From the NCBI RefSeq assembly GCF_009914755.1, contig NC_060946.1: DNA of 64,000 nt; one strand, 5' to 3'. This document shows positions 44,037 through 60,884 of this stretch, piece after piece. The notes under the pieces were generated by a model. The model did no database searches and was not told where the DNA came from. It was given only the letters and a program-made list of their open reading frames with translations. The stretch is from the human T2T-CHM13v2.0 reference genome, Homo sapiens. The translations under genes and the position numbers were made by a program. Numbering within the stretch: the stretch's first letter is position 1; every line of letters starts with the position of its first letter.

Positions 44037-45410
44037 GCTCTATGTCAGTCTATTTTCAAATAATCTTACACTAGTTAACATAGAGCATTTTAAAAGTATT
44101 TTTCCATTTTTTCTTTTTATGTAATTTTTGCACAAAATTTTTTTTGTGAAATTATGTTTTCACTTTAGAGAGTACATTATCTTCTAAATTAAAATGATTC
44201 AAAAATGCTTGTTGAAGTGTATTCACGTATTTAAATACATGAACTGTATTCACGTATTTACTGCTTCTGGCAGTAGTGTTCCTTCCTTTGTGTTGATCCA
44301 GATTTCCATCTGGCTTTTTTTTTTCTTTTGCAGGAAGCACTTCCTTAACATTTCTTATATTGTTGTCCTGCCACTAACAAATTTTCTCGGCTTTTCTTTG
44401 TCTCAAAATGTCTTTATTTCATCTTCATCTTTAAAGGATATTTTCACTGGATATAGAATTCTGTGTCGACAGTCATTTTTTTTAAGCATCTTAAGAACGT
44501 TTGTTTTGTTGTTTTCTGGCTTGCATGGGTTCTGACAAGAAGTCTGCTAGTAGTCTTATCTTTGTACTTTGTATATAATATACACCCCACCCCCAGCTGA
44601 TTTTCTTTGTATTTATCCTGCTTATGGTTCATTGAGCTCCTTGGATTTATGGATTTATAGTTAGTCAGATTTGGGAAATTTTGGCCATTGTTTCTTTAAG
44701 TATTTTTTCTGTTCCCCTCCCCTTTTTCCAGTACTCCAGTTTTACATATTTTAAGTCACTAATATTATCCTAATTACTGAAGCTTTGTACTTTTTGTTTT
44801 TTGGTTCTCAATCTTTTTTCTGTGCTTTAATTTGGATAGTTTCTGTTCCTGTCTTTAAGTTCACTGACCTTTTATCCTGGAGTATCTAACCTGCCCTTGA
44901 TTTCATTCAGTGGAGTTTTAAAATTTCATTTGTTTTTCATGCCTAAAAGGTCTATTTGGTTATTTTTTTCATATCTTTGGTTTCTCCTTCATTTTTGTAG
45001 TCTGTTGCTACGTAACAACTTTCTCCAGAAGTTAGCACCTAAAACAGCAGGCATTTGTTGTCTCGTGAAGTTTTTGAAATTCAGGAACCCAGAGCAGTTT
45101 AGCTGGATGGTTTTGGCCCAGATTCTCGTCAGAGGGTGCAGTTAGGGGCTTTTGTCCTGGGTTGCAAAGCTGAAGGCTTGACAGGGGCCAGATGATGTGC
45201 CCAAATTCATTTAGGTGGCCCTTGGCAGGAGACTTCACTTTCTCTCCATATGGACCTCTCCATAGGTCTGCTTGAGTGTCCTCACAACATGGCAGCGTTC
45301 AACGCAGAGTGAGTGTTGAATGAGTTAGGAAGAGACAGACAGAGCCAGCCCAAGATGGAAGCTACAGTGTATTTTATAACATAATCTTGGAGTTGATCTA
45401 CTATCACATC

Positions 45411-45442
<32 letters not shown>

Positions 45443-47604
45443 GAGACAGAGTCTTGCTCTGTCACCCAGGCTGGAGTGCAGCAGCACTGTTATAGCTCAC
45501 TGCAACTTTGAACTCCTGGGCTCGTGATCCTCCCGTCTCAGCCTCCTGAGTAGCTGGGACTACAGGTGCACACCACCATGCCTGGCTCTGCCGTTTTCAA
45601 TTGATCATGTAGGCCAACCTTGGTATGATGTGGGAGGAGACAGCACCAGGGTGTGACTGCCAGGAAGCAGGGTCGCTCAGGGCCATCCTGGGAGCTAGCA
45701 GCCATCCCCTTCACTGTGTTCAGGTTTTCCTGTAAATTCTGCAGCATATTTATAATTGCTGTTTTAAAATCCTTGTCTGCTGATTTCATCATTTCTGGAC
45801 TTATTTCTATTGGCTGAGTTTTCTCCTAGCTATAGAACACATTTTCCTTTTTTTGCATGCTTAGTAATTTTTGATTGTATGATGGTAATTGTTAATTTTA
45901 TGTTAAGTGTATGAAAGGGTGCAAATTTCCTTGTTCTTTCTTTGAAGAGTATTGGGCTTTTTCTGGCAAGCAGTTAAGTTATTTTGGGGTCAGCTTGATC
46001 CTTTCAAGAACTGTTTTCACACTCTCTTGGGGCTTGTATGGATTTGCTTTTATTCCAGGGCTAGTTTAACTCTGCTACTAAGACATGACCCTTCTGAGGT
46101 TCCTAGCAGATGACCTGGGTGCTCAGCAAGAACACTTGCTCTGGCTGGTCGGCATGTGCCTGTCCCCGGTCCTGCGTGACCTCTGGAGTTGTTCCCTGAC
46201 AGCTCCCCGATGTGCTTGGTTCAGCCTTGTGGAGTTGCATGCTGTGTGCGTAGAGTGTATTACTCAGCAGCTCAGCGAGACCTTTCTCCAGGTTGCCAGA
46301 AGCCTTCTGTGCACAGCTCCGCCCTCCACAGATCCTCCCTTCCTCTCAGCAGGACCATCATGCTGAGCTTGAGCTGTACCCCACGGCGCCAAGCCTGGAA
46401 GAGACCACTGGGTAGAGCAAGGGGTGTTCAGAGGTTCACTTCATTTGTTTCTCTGTCTTTAGACAGCCCAGTGTCTGTGAACAGTTACTGTGTGTATTTT
46501 GTTCATTTTTCTAGTTGTTTACAACATGAAGGCAGACCTGGTCTCAGTTGCCCAGCATGACGTCCCAGATCCACATGTGAGGAGGAGCAGCAGCATGGGG
46601 GTTCCGCTGCGAGCTCAGGGCAGGGGTCTGTATTCCAGGAACTTGGGTGGGCTTCATAGACCCCTGTCGTTCCCAGAATTATAGGCAGCACGGAGTGTGC
46701 TTGTGCACACTTTCCTGGGTGGAGAGGCACACGGCACCTCACGCATTGAAGCGTTGTGGCCCCTCGGGGAGTTAAGACCCAGTGGGAGGAGGACCAGGGC
46801 GGGGGGCCTGGAGATGGAACCGCACCTTCCCATGCTGCCTCGCTAATTCTACAAATACTGTTGACATCCTGTGCGTGTGGCCTTGGGCAGAGGGGTAAAG
46901 ACCGGGCAGCCCTGGCAGGGGCTCTGGGGCCAAGGATGTCACCTTCTGGGGGTAAGAGCGAGATGTCCTTCCAGAGCCTGGGTTTTGAGAGGAGGTCACC
47001 CTGGCCTGGTTAGGATGAGTTGTCATCTTTTAGCTTTTGGTTTGGTTTCTGTTTGTGTTTATTTTCACTTTTTGCCATGGAAAGTTTTAAGCATATATAT
47101 AAAAATATGGAAAACAGCATCGAGAAGTCCCTGTGAGCCCATCCCACCCTCTTCCCCCTTCCTGGATTATTCTGAAGCAAATCCAAGGTATCGTAATCAA
47201 TTTAGCTGCAATCATTCAAGTATTGTAGCATGTGTCTCTGAAAGGCTGGTGACTCCATAAAGCCCTAACCAGAGTCCTTTTATTGTGGTAGGACCTGGTC
47301 TCGGTGGGTGAGGACAGTGGGGAAAGGGGCAGCGTCCAGCAGGGTGACCACCTGTGCGAAGGAGAAGAGAGACAAAGCACCTGGTGTTGGACCAGACAGG
47401 GGGCTCAGGACCTTGGGCTGCAGTTGACCACGTGAGGCCCTTAGCCTCCAGAGAAGGAGCTGGTTTAACATGACCCATGGTTGTGGAGACCTTGCTTCCT
47501 AGGTGGGGCTGCCGTGCCCCTACCATCCTCCCACATAAGCACGTTACAGAGATCTGTGGAGCCAAGGGGCTAGTTCACCAAAATAAGACCTGGCCGTGTC
47601 CACC

Positions 47605-47952
47605 ACTCTGCTGGTCTGGCTGGGGCTGCCGTCACAGAGCCCCACAGCGGGGGCTGAGACCGCAGATGTGTGTCTCACACAGTTCTGGAGGCTGAAATCT
47701 GAGATCAAGGGTCACCGGAGTTGGCCCCTGGGGAGGACTCTCCTCCCGGCTTGTGGACGGCCGCCCCTTGTATTCCTGTGTGGCCTTTCTCCTGTGCACT
47801 TGGAGAGCTCTGGTGCCCCTGCTGGATCAGGACCCACCCTTATGACCTTCATCAGACTTGACTTCCCTCCTTAAAGGTCCTATTTCCAAATACAGTCACA
47901 TGGGGATTAGGTTAGTATCTAAATTTGGGGGACACAGTTCAGACTGTAACAG
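47605..47952 (-). mobile_element. MLT1A/B LTR
   Basis: ctcacacagttctggaggctgaaatctgagatcaagg...ccaaatacagtcacat...gggggacacagttcagactgtaaca. Confidence 0.8.
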
Positions 47953-48829
47953 TTGCTCTGCACAGCCCCGCTCGGTTACATCATAGATGTTTGCACACAT
48001 CTGTGCACGTGAACTACGTGTTATCTGTTGCACATGCAGCGTTACTAAACAGGGTTCCCTTATACCTCCCGGGGTTCTCGGAGTGGCGTCTTCTCTTTTG
48101 CTGGGAACCTTGCCGCCTTTCCTCTCCCTGCCCCTCCCAGCCCGTGGGCCACCTGCTCTCTTCCACGCCTTCCTTTCTCCTCTGCTTGTGCAGCGGAAGG
48201 TTCTGCCAGCAGGGGAGTTAGTGAGCAGCCAGTGGAGGGTGTGCCCAGCCTTCCTGCTGCAGACCCGCCCCCAAGTCAACACGGACTTCCCTCCCTGCGC
48301 GCCAGAACTTTGCGTTGTTCTTAGTGGCATCTGGGGTCGAGGAGGGCGACTGTCAGCCAGTTGGGGGATGTTTTCTTCTTGGTCTCTCGGCTTCTGCTTC
48401 CCTGTGAGCTGGGCAGCCTCAGCCCAGGTCCTATCCGGTACTCAGCTGGCCTCGGTGTGCACAGCGCAGGCTTGAGTGCAGCCGTGGGGGCGGGCGGGGC
48501 AGAAGCAGGGCCCCTGGGAACAGCTGAGTCTGAAGGGTCAGAAGCCACGGCCCCTGTGGGGGGCTCTGGGGCAGCCAGGGGAGCTGCTCGTTAGTCGTCT
48601 CTGGGGCAGAAGGAAGGGACCTTCACCTGGGTTGGGACTGGGCCTGGGTCCCCAGTCTCACAGGGAGCTCGTCCTGATTGTACCTGCCCGGCTGTGACGG
48701 CTGAGCCCGGGCTCCTGGAGGCAAGGCCACCTCAGGCCTCCAGGGCCGGAGCCGCAAGGAGCTGCTGGGTTTCCACAGGGCCACGGGGGCTGCGGCCACA
48801 CGGAGCGGGAGCACAGGTGGGAAGGGTGT

Positions 48830-49120
48830 CTGTGAAAAATGAAATCTGTTGCCGCTTCCTCTAGCTTAATTACTGGCATGGTGGTTGCAGAGTTGAAATG
48901 CAGCTTTAAAAGCCTTTGTGAGTAATTAGTGTCAAACACACAAGATCTACAAAGCCATAAACTCACAGCTTGGTGATATTACCAAGTACTAATTAAGAAA
49001 GAAAAAAGAAAATTCCCTTTCATGATCAAATTTTGAGCCCTGCCAAAGATGAAAAACAAGGCAATTTGCAGCCGATGGCGACGCCGGAGGGTAAGTGGCG
49101 TCCACAGGAAGATGGCGGCC
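48830..49120. promoter_or_regulatory. Candidate conserved non-coding enhancer (homeodomain/SOX/FOX-MEIS motif cluster)
   Basis: AT-rich unique island in GC-rich DNA. TAATTA three times (48867, 48923, 48990), TGTCAAACA, CTTTGTG, ACAAAG, CCATAAA, and YY1-type AAGATGGCGGC at 49109. Confidence 0.5.
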
Positions 49121-50323
49121 GAGCGCGGCGAGCAGGCAGGGTCTGGTTGAGGGCTGGGGTGGTGACGGCGTGATTGTGCCTGGCTACCGGGTTCTCAGCC
49201 AGGCAGCACCTGATTCCCAGGAGAGATGGAATCCCAGCTCAGAAAGGGGAGACTCATGCGAGGGCAGAGGCAAGGCACCCGCCCAGAAGGATTGGGGGTC
49301 TCCCCATTTCACAGGTGGGGACACTGAAGCTGAGCTCACAGCCAGGAGAGGGACAGCAGAGTGACGGCCGAGACCATCTGCACTGCGAGGGAAGCAGCGC
49401 CCACCTTCCTTGGTGGTCCGGGAAGGCCGGACCGGCCCCTTGGGTCCCCACTGGCCTCAGCCACTGTGGGCTCGTCCAGCTTCAGGTAGGCGCCCGGCCA
49501 CTCACCTGGGAGGCTCTGAGAACGACAGCTTCTGTCTCGTGAGTGACGTGGTGCCCGCTTTCATCCTGGGGCCCACAGCTGCCAGGAGAGGCCAGGCCGA
49601 GGTCAGGAGGCTCAGCAGCTGGTTCCATGACTTCCTCTTCGCTGAGGAGGTCAGGACAGAAGCTTCTAGATGACAGGCCGCCCAACTTGGTATAAAACAG
49701 CAAATTTCTGTGCCTGTGCTGTCGGGCTGTGAATGACTTCTCGTCTGTTTCATGAGATGCAGCTTCAGCCCAGGGAGCCATCAGATGCAGCCGGGCGAGA
49801 CGCGGAGCCAAGAGCTGTCCTCGCCCCCCATGTGAGTGACTGGAGAGACGAAATTCTCAAAGTCTTGTCACTTACGGGGATATTTTTAACCCAGGACCAG
49901 GGAAGCACAGCTCTCATTGGTGGCCGAGTGCTCTGGCGCTTGGGCAGTGGGCAGCAGCCAGGTTATCGGGACGTGCTCAGGCCCAACAGGACCCCCAGAG
50001 CCGCACCTGCCCCCCACAGAGTAGAGCCGGCCCGGGAGCGGCCTTGGTCACATCTAATCCCACCAGCCGCCGACAGTGGAGAGCTGTGCCTGGCCCAGAG
50101 ATGTGGGCATCACATCCAGGCTGCAAACACACGGGGACCACCTGGCCCCGCCAGGGTTCGCTCTATCCTGGCTTGGCCTGCATGGCCTCTCGCCGTCTGC
50201 ATGGTCCACTCACCCGAGTCAGGGCTGGGGCATGCAGGGAGTGTGCAGTGACATTGGGCAGAGGGAGGCTGCTCAGGTCCAAGTAGGCAGAGAAACCGCA
50301 TGCCCAGGCCGCTAAAACCTTGA

Positions 50324-50659
<336 letters not shown>

Positions 50660-53600
50660 TTGTTTTACTGTTTATGACGCGGCTCTGCTGCCGCTAGGAC
50701 AGATACTTGTACAGCCCGATTCAAAGACTGTGCAGAGGCGTCTCCCAGATACCCCAGGGTGCACTGCAGTCAAGGAAGGCTGCCTGGAGGAGGTGGCCTG
50801 GAGCTGGGGCTCACAGGTGAATTAGAGTTTGTCTGGCTGGGTTGGGGAGATGTTTCTGGCCTCAGGATCTCACGTGCTCATGCTCACCGGCTCCAGGGCA
50901 CCCAGCGTGCAGGGAGAGCAGAGGGGTAGGCCTCGGGCTCCAGGCCAAAGTTGGGGAAAGAGAGTGTCAGACCTGGGCTTGGGGGACGACTCTGATGTCG
51001 TCCTCATGGGGGATGGTTGAGTAAAGGGTGGGGTGTGGCTCACTCGTCTGGCCCTCGCCCATGTGGAATGCCCACCGTGCTGGGCCCCGCTGCAGGTGCT
51101 GGACGCGCAGCAGTAATGCGGGGGTCCTGCTCCGCCTGGGCACATCTTCCAGCAGGGATTGGAGGGCCGATGGCCAGGCAGGGTCTGTGCTCTGTGTCTA
51201 GGTGGTTACGGGGGGAGGCGGGGAGCCTGGGCCTTGGCTGTGGGTGGACCTGTGGCTTGCTGACCTGGTGCCCAGCTGCCCCACCTCCCAAACTGTGAGA
51301 AGCCAGGACCAGCCCCATCCTCCATCCAGATGGTCTCTGACGTTGCCCTGGGAGCCGGGGGGGAGGGGTGGGGGATGTTCTAACTGAAGGGCCTGGGCGG
51401 CCTAGAGCCCTTCTGTATCTTCTGGCCAATGGTTTTATCTGGTCCACTGCCTCCCAAGCCTGCACATCCCATCACGCGCATTTAAACTGTTAAAAAGTTA
51501 CTCCCTTGACTAAGCCGGAAATGCTCTCTATGGCCCTGTGGATCTGCGTCCAGTTCCCCACGACATTCCGTTTTTGGAGGCTTTGTGAAGAGGCTGGGGG
51601 TTTGTCAGCCCCACTCGGAAGCGAACAGGCTGGTTCCCCGCCCCAGTCCCAGCTTCTCCTGCGGGCAGCTGGCCTGAGAGCCAAGCACTCCCCAGGCCAT
51701 GGCACCGGGTGGGCAGGACGCTTTCCTGCCAGGCAGGAGGCAGAGCCCTCCCTGGGACCCCGAGTGTCTGTCCTGGGTGGGGACTAGACAGTGACCACCA
51801 CCTCGACCCCGGGCAAGCCCACCTAGCCCTGCCCCCCCACCAAGCCCTGCTCCACCTACACGAAGCTGCGGCCAGCCCCTTTTGCCCCCAACCTAAATGA
51901 CTGAGAAGTCTGTTAGGGAGGGCCTCCCTGTCACTCTAAAGAGCAGGAACAGGACATCCCTGCCCCAGGGCACGGAGGCAGCTGGCCATCTGCGAGTGGG
52001 ACCCGCCACGGTTGGCCAAGCTCAGGCCATATGAGCTGGGACTGGCAGGCAGTTCCTGGCTGCCTCAAATCTGGGGTCCAGACTCTCTGCTGACCTCCCA
52101 GAGCCCGGCGTGTCTTTGCACACTCTGTCCTTGTCCCCAGCCTCCTCCCCGCCCCAGGGTGTGCCTGGGACTTTAGGTAGTCTTACCTGTCAGTCATACT
52201 TTCTTCTCGGCCAGGGACTGTGGACGGCAGGACGTTCACCCCGTGGTCAGTGGCTGGGCCTTTCTCATGAAGCAGCTTGATTGAGATGTCATCTACAGAG
52301 CGTGCAGCCATCATCACAGTCTATCTTGGAATGAATGCCTTTATCACCCTGGAAGGAAACGTGCCCCATAGCCATCCCCTCCCAGCCATCGGCAGCCACT
52401 GTCTGTGTTCTGTCTCTAGACTCCCCTACCGGCAGTGTTGCAGGGAGATGGGCTCAGCGATGAGTGGTCTCTGGCGTCTGGCGTCTTTCACTGAACGTAA
52501 GGTTTTCACGGTTCGCTCACATTGGACCACGTGCTGACGCTCCATTTGTTACTGATGAATCATACAGTCTAGTGTGTGGATAGACCATGTTGTTTATCCG
52601 TTCATCCATTGATAGAACATTTGAATTGCTTCCGTTTAGGGCTATTACACACAGTGCCGCTGTGAACATTCGTGTACAAGCTTGTGTGTGGAAATGCATT
52701 TTTGTTTCTCTCGGGTGTACACCCATAAGAGGAAGTGCCGGGGTCACGTGGTAATTTAACGTTGAGCTTTGTAAGGAGCTGCCTCTTCTCCCAGGTTCTC
52801 CCCGTCCTCCCCAACACGCGCCACTGTCTGCTTTTATGATGCTTTTCCATCCCAGGGGCTGCGGGTGCCGCTGGGTTACAGGGTCCGTGAACCTCCTGAG
52901 ATTCAAATGCAAAATGTGAAGTGGGTGTTGGCGTGGGTTTCGGGTAGAGGGACTGCAGCCCCTGCACGGGGTTAGGAATATGTTTCCCAGTCCAGGCAGA
53001 GCTACGCAGGAATCGCCTCTAGACACCCAAGAGGGAGCAGTTTTGTCTGGAGAAGTAGCCCACTGCCGTGTTTCACCAGGCTGGCCTGTGATAGCTGGAC
53101 CTGCCCCGATGCCACCACCTCCTCCTGCCAGGGCTTCCCTGTTTGCTGAGTCTGCGTTATTGATGAGTCATCGTCTATATACACGCACCCGTGAGGCCGT
53201 CAAGGCAGTGAACAGACCCTTCGCCCCCAGATCCCAGGCCCTGTGCAGCCTGCCTTGCCCCTCCCACTGCAACCCGACCCCAAGCAGCCACTGATCCTTC
53301 TGTGTTTCCTGTCACCACGGGTTCATCCATGTTTTCTAGAGTTTCTGTAAGTGGAATCACGCAGTATCTAGCCTTTCTCGTCTGGCTTCTTCCACTAAGC
53401 GTAGTTAGTTTGAGATTTATCCATGTTGCTGTGGTATCAACAGTTTATCCCTTTACAGTCATACAGATAGACCACAGTGTCTTCATCCATCCAGATGTTG
53501 ACGGGCATTCCGGTGGCTTCCAGCTTGGGGCTGTTGCAAATAAAGTGTACAGTGAACATTCACATGCAAGCTTTGCACGGACATTTATTTCTTTTCTCTT

Positions 53601-54504
53601 GGCTAAATCGGAGTGGAACTGCTTGATTGTGTGGTCGGTGCATGCTTAACTTTACAAGAAGTTGCCAAGCTGTTTTCCAAAGTGCCTGCACCATTTTCCA
53701 TTCCTATCAGCAGTATAGGAGACTTGTAGTTTCTCCACACGGTCACCAGTACTTGACATGATCAGTCTTTTTAATTTCAGTCCTTCTAAGAGGTGACTGA
53801 TGGCGTCTCATTGTGGTTTTAATTTGCATTTTCCTCATGACGAATGACACTGAGCATCTGTACCTGTGCCAACTTGCTGGTCTTCGCTGAAGTGCCTGTT
53901 CACATCTTCTGCTAATTATTTATGGGGTTCTATGTTTCCTTAATGAGTTTTGAGAGTTCTTTGTATACTCCAGATGCAAATCCTTCATCAAATATGTACA
54001 TTGCTGGTGTTCTCTCCTTATATATGACATGTTTTTTCATTCTCTTAACAATGTCTTTTGAAGAGCAGACATTTTTAATTTTGATTAAGTCTAACTTACC
54101 CGTCTTTTATTTTATAGAGTGTGCTTTTGCTGTCGTATCTAAGAAATCTTTACCTAACCCAAGGTCACAAAGACTGCCTCCATTTTTTTTCTTCTAGAAG
54201 TTTTATAGTTCTAAATTTTACATTTGTGTTCATGATCCATTTTGAGTTTTTTTTTATATGGTGCAAGGTCTGGATTGACTCTTTTTCATTTTTTATTGCA
54301 TATGAACGTCCAGTTACTCCAGTATCAAGATCATTCTTTTTTACTGAATAGCCTTTTGCATCTTTGTCAGCCTGCTAGGATTTTAATTGGAATTATGCTG
54401 ACTCTATAGATCATTTTGGGGATAATTGACATCTTAATGATATGGAAACTTCTAATCTATGAACAGTTTCTCTCAGCAATGTGTTCTCATTTTCAATGTG
54501 CGGG

Positions 54505-55449
<945 letters not shown>

Positions 55450-57097
55450 TAGGTATTTCACATCTTTTTCAGATTTATCCCAAGTATTTTAGATTTTGAT
55501 ATTATTATAAAAGGGTTTTGTTTTTACATTTAATTTCTGTTGCTACTATATAAAAACAATTCATTTGTATATTGATCTTTTTATTTTGCAACTTCGCTAA
55601 ACTCATGTGTTAGTTCCAGTAGCTTCTTAGTATATCTGATGGGATTTTCTCCTTAGACAATGATATTATCTGTAAGTACACTTGCAGTTCCACTTACCCA
55701 CACTGGATGCTTGTGAAGTTCCTTGTTCTTGTGTTATTTCAGTAGCTAGAACCTTCAGGATGATGCTGAATACAAGCAGTGAGAGTGAACATCCTTGTCC
55801 TGTTTCAGATCTGAGGGAGAAGCATCCAATCTTCAGCCATTAAGTGTGGTATTCTCTGTACGTCGTTCATAGATACCCTTTCTCAGGCTGAGGAAGTTCT
55901 CTTCTAATCATAGTTTGCTGAGATTTTTTTTTTTTTTTGAGGAATGCCTGTTGGGTATGATCAGATGCTTTTTCTGCATTTATTGAGTTGATCATATGGT
56001 TTTCCTTTTGTACTTTGTTAATATGTGGAATTACTTTGATTTTCTAGGGTTAAACCAACCTTGTATTCTTAGGATAAACCCCACTTAGTCATACTACATT
56101 ATCCTTTTTATATGTTATTGGATGTGAATTGCTAACCGTTTTGTTTTGAATTTTTGCATAAATATTCCTTAGGGTTGTTCCATAGTTTTGGGGGGGTGCG
56201 GCTTGTAATGTCTTCTGATTTGTATATCATAGTAATGTTGGTCTCACAGAGTGAGTTGGAAAGCATTCCTCCTCTTCAGTTTTCTTAAAGAGTTCATGTA
56301 GAATTCTTGATTAAAACAAACTGGAAGAAAAGAGTTAATGTAGAATTGATATTATTTCTTTTTTAAATAGTTGATCCAATTCATCAGTAAACCCATTGAA
56401 CCTTGAAGTTTTCTTCCTGAGGTTTTAACTACACATCAGTGTCTTGATAGACATAGAGTTATTCACATTGTCTTTTTCTTTTGTGGTGAGCTTTAGTAGT
56501 TTGTATCTTCAGAAGTTTGTCCATTTTATCTGTTTTCAAAGGTATTGGCATAAAGTTGTTCATAATTTCTCTTACTACCCTTTTAACATCTGTAGGATCT
56601 GTAGTGCTATCATCCCTCTTCTTCCTGATGTTAGTAACTTGTCTCTTCTCTTTTATTCCAGGTCAGTCTGGCTAGAAACAGCTTTGGGTTTTATTATTTA
56701 TACTGCTTTTTTGTTTTCTTTCACCATTGTTGCTTTGATCTTTATTTTCTTTCTTCTGCTTACTTTGTCTAATTTGCCCTTCTTTAGTTCCTTAAGGTCG
56801 AAGCTGAAGTCTCTGATTTGAGACCTTCTTTTTTTAATGTGGACATTCAGTGCTATAAGTTTCCCCCTAGTTTCTGCTCTAGTGGCATCCCACAAATTCT
56901 GATATTTTGTTTTTATCTTCATTCAGTTCAAATCACTTACTAACCTCCCTTTTGATTTCTTCTTTGACATATGGGTTATTTAGAAGTGTGTTAGTTTCCA
57001 CATTTTTTGAAAATCTCCAGATGCCGTTCTGTTACTAATTTCTCATTTAATTTCATTATTGTCAGAGAACATTCTCGGAACGGTCTGAATCCTTCTA

Positions 57098-57350
57098 CTT
57101 TTTTTTGGAGACAGAGTCTCATTCTGTCACCCAGGCTGGAGTGCATGGCACGATCTCAGCTCACTGCAACCTCTGCCTTCCAGGTTCAAGTGATTCTCCT
57201 GCCTCCTACCTCAGCCTCCCGAGTAACTGGGATTTCACCATGGGGTTTCACCATGTTGGCCAGGCTGGTCTCGAACTCCTGAGCTCAGGTGATCCACCTG
57301 CCTCGGCCTCCCAAAGTGCTGGGATTACAGGCGTGAGCCACTGCATCTGG
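57098..57350 (-). mobile_element. Alu with internal deletion
   Basis: Antisense Alu lacking the central linker. Confidence 0.85.
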
Positions 57351-57737
57351 TCACATTTCTTGAAATTTGTTTTAAGGTCCATCCAGAATGTTACTGCCTT
57401 GGTAAATGTTGTGTGTGTACTTAAAATCTGTGTGTATCCTGTATCCCACTGGAATGTGCTATATTGATGTCAAGTAGCTGACATTTTTAATAATGTTTGC
57501 AAAGCTTCTATATCCTTGCCAATTTTCTGTCTTCCTGTTCTATCAGTTATTGATAGATGAATATTGACATCTCTGACTATAATTACAGATTTCTCTATTC
57601 CTTCTTGCATTCCAGTTTTTGTTTCATATATAAATGGACGCTTTTATCATTATGAAATGACCTTTATTGCTAGTAATATTCTTTGCTCTGAAATCTACTT
57701 TGTCTGATACAGAGCTGCACTGTCAATAAGCAACCTT

Positions 57738-59918
<2,181 letters not shown>

Positions 59919-60571
59919 TGTGAACACGGCGAAATGTGAGCACACTGTATCTGCTTCACGTTACTTTTAATCTACTGCGTCTTCATAGTTAAAATGTGCT
60001 TCTTAAAAGCAGGATATAGCTGAGTCTTAAATGTGCATAAAATCTGACATTCTCTGCCTTTTCACTGGGCCATTTACATTTAAATTGATTACTACTTTGA
60101 TTAGATAAGTCTATCATCTTGTTATTTGTTTTCTGTTTGTCCTGTCTGTCCTTTGTTCTTTTTTCTTCCCTCTTTTTCTGCCTTTCTTGGATTGAATTTT
60201 TTACAAGTTCATGTGCCTCCTTTTTTGATTTGTTAACTGTATTTTTTACAGGTTGTGTTAGGATTTAGGGCACGTAGATCTTTAACTTAACACAGTCATC
60301 CTCGAATGATACGACACCACCTTACGTGTAGTGTGAGAACCTGACAGTCACATACTTCCAGTCTTCTCCTTCCTGCCTTAGTCGTCTGCTTATAATATAT
60401 TTTATTTATGCACATGATAAACCCCACAATACTTTGTTTTTATTTCTGTTTAGTCAGCTATCTTTGAAAGAGATGTAAATAATAATTGTAAATGTTGTAT
60501 ATGTCTGCATATGCAGCTCCCACCCCTCATTCATGGAAGGAGTAGGGCTGTTCTTCCTTCTTCTTGTGTAG

Positions 60572-60884
<313 letters not shown>

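Larger units (their letters stand above)
42238..46100 (-). mobile_element. Old antisense L1M fragments with nested Alu pieces (42954-43136, 45415-45587), MER58 and MLT1
   Basis: T-rich antisense L1M sequence (ggatattttcactggatatagaattct). MaLR-like stretch at about 45000-45700. Confidence 0.75.
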
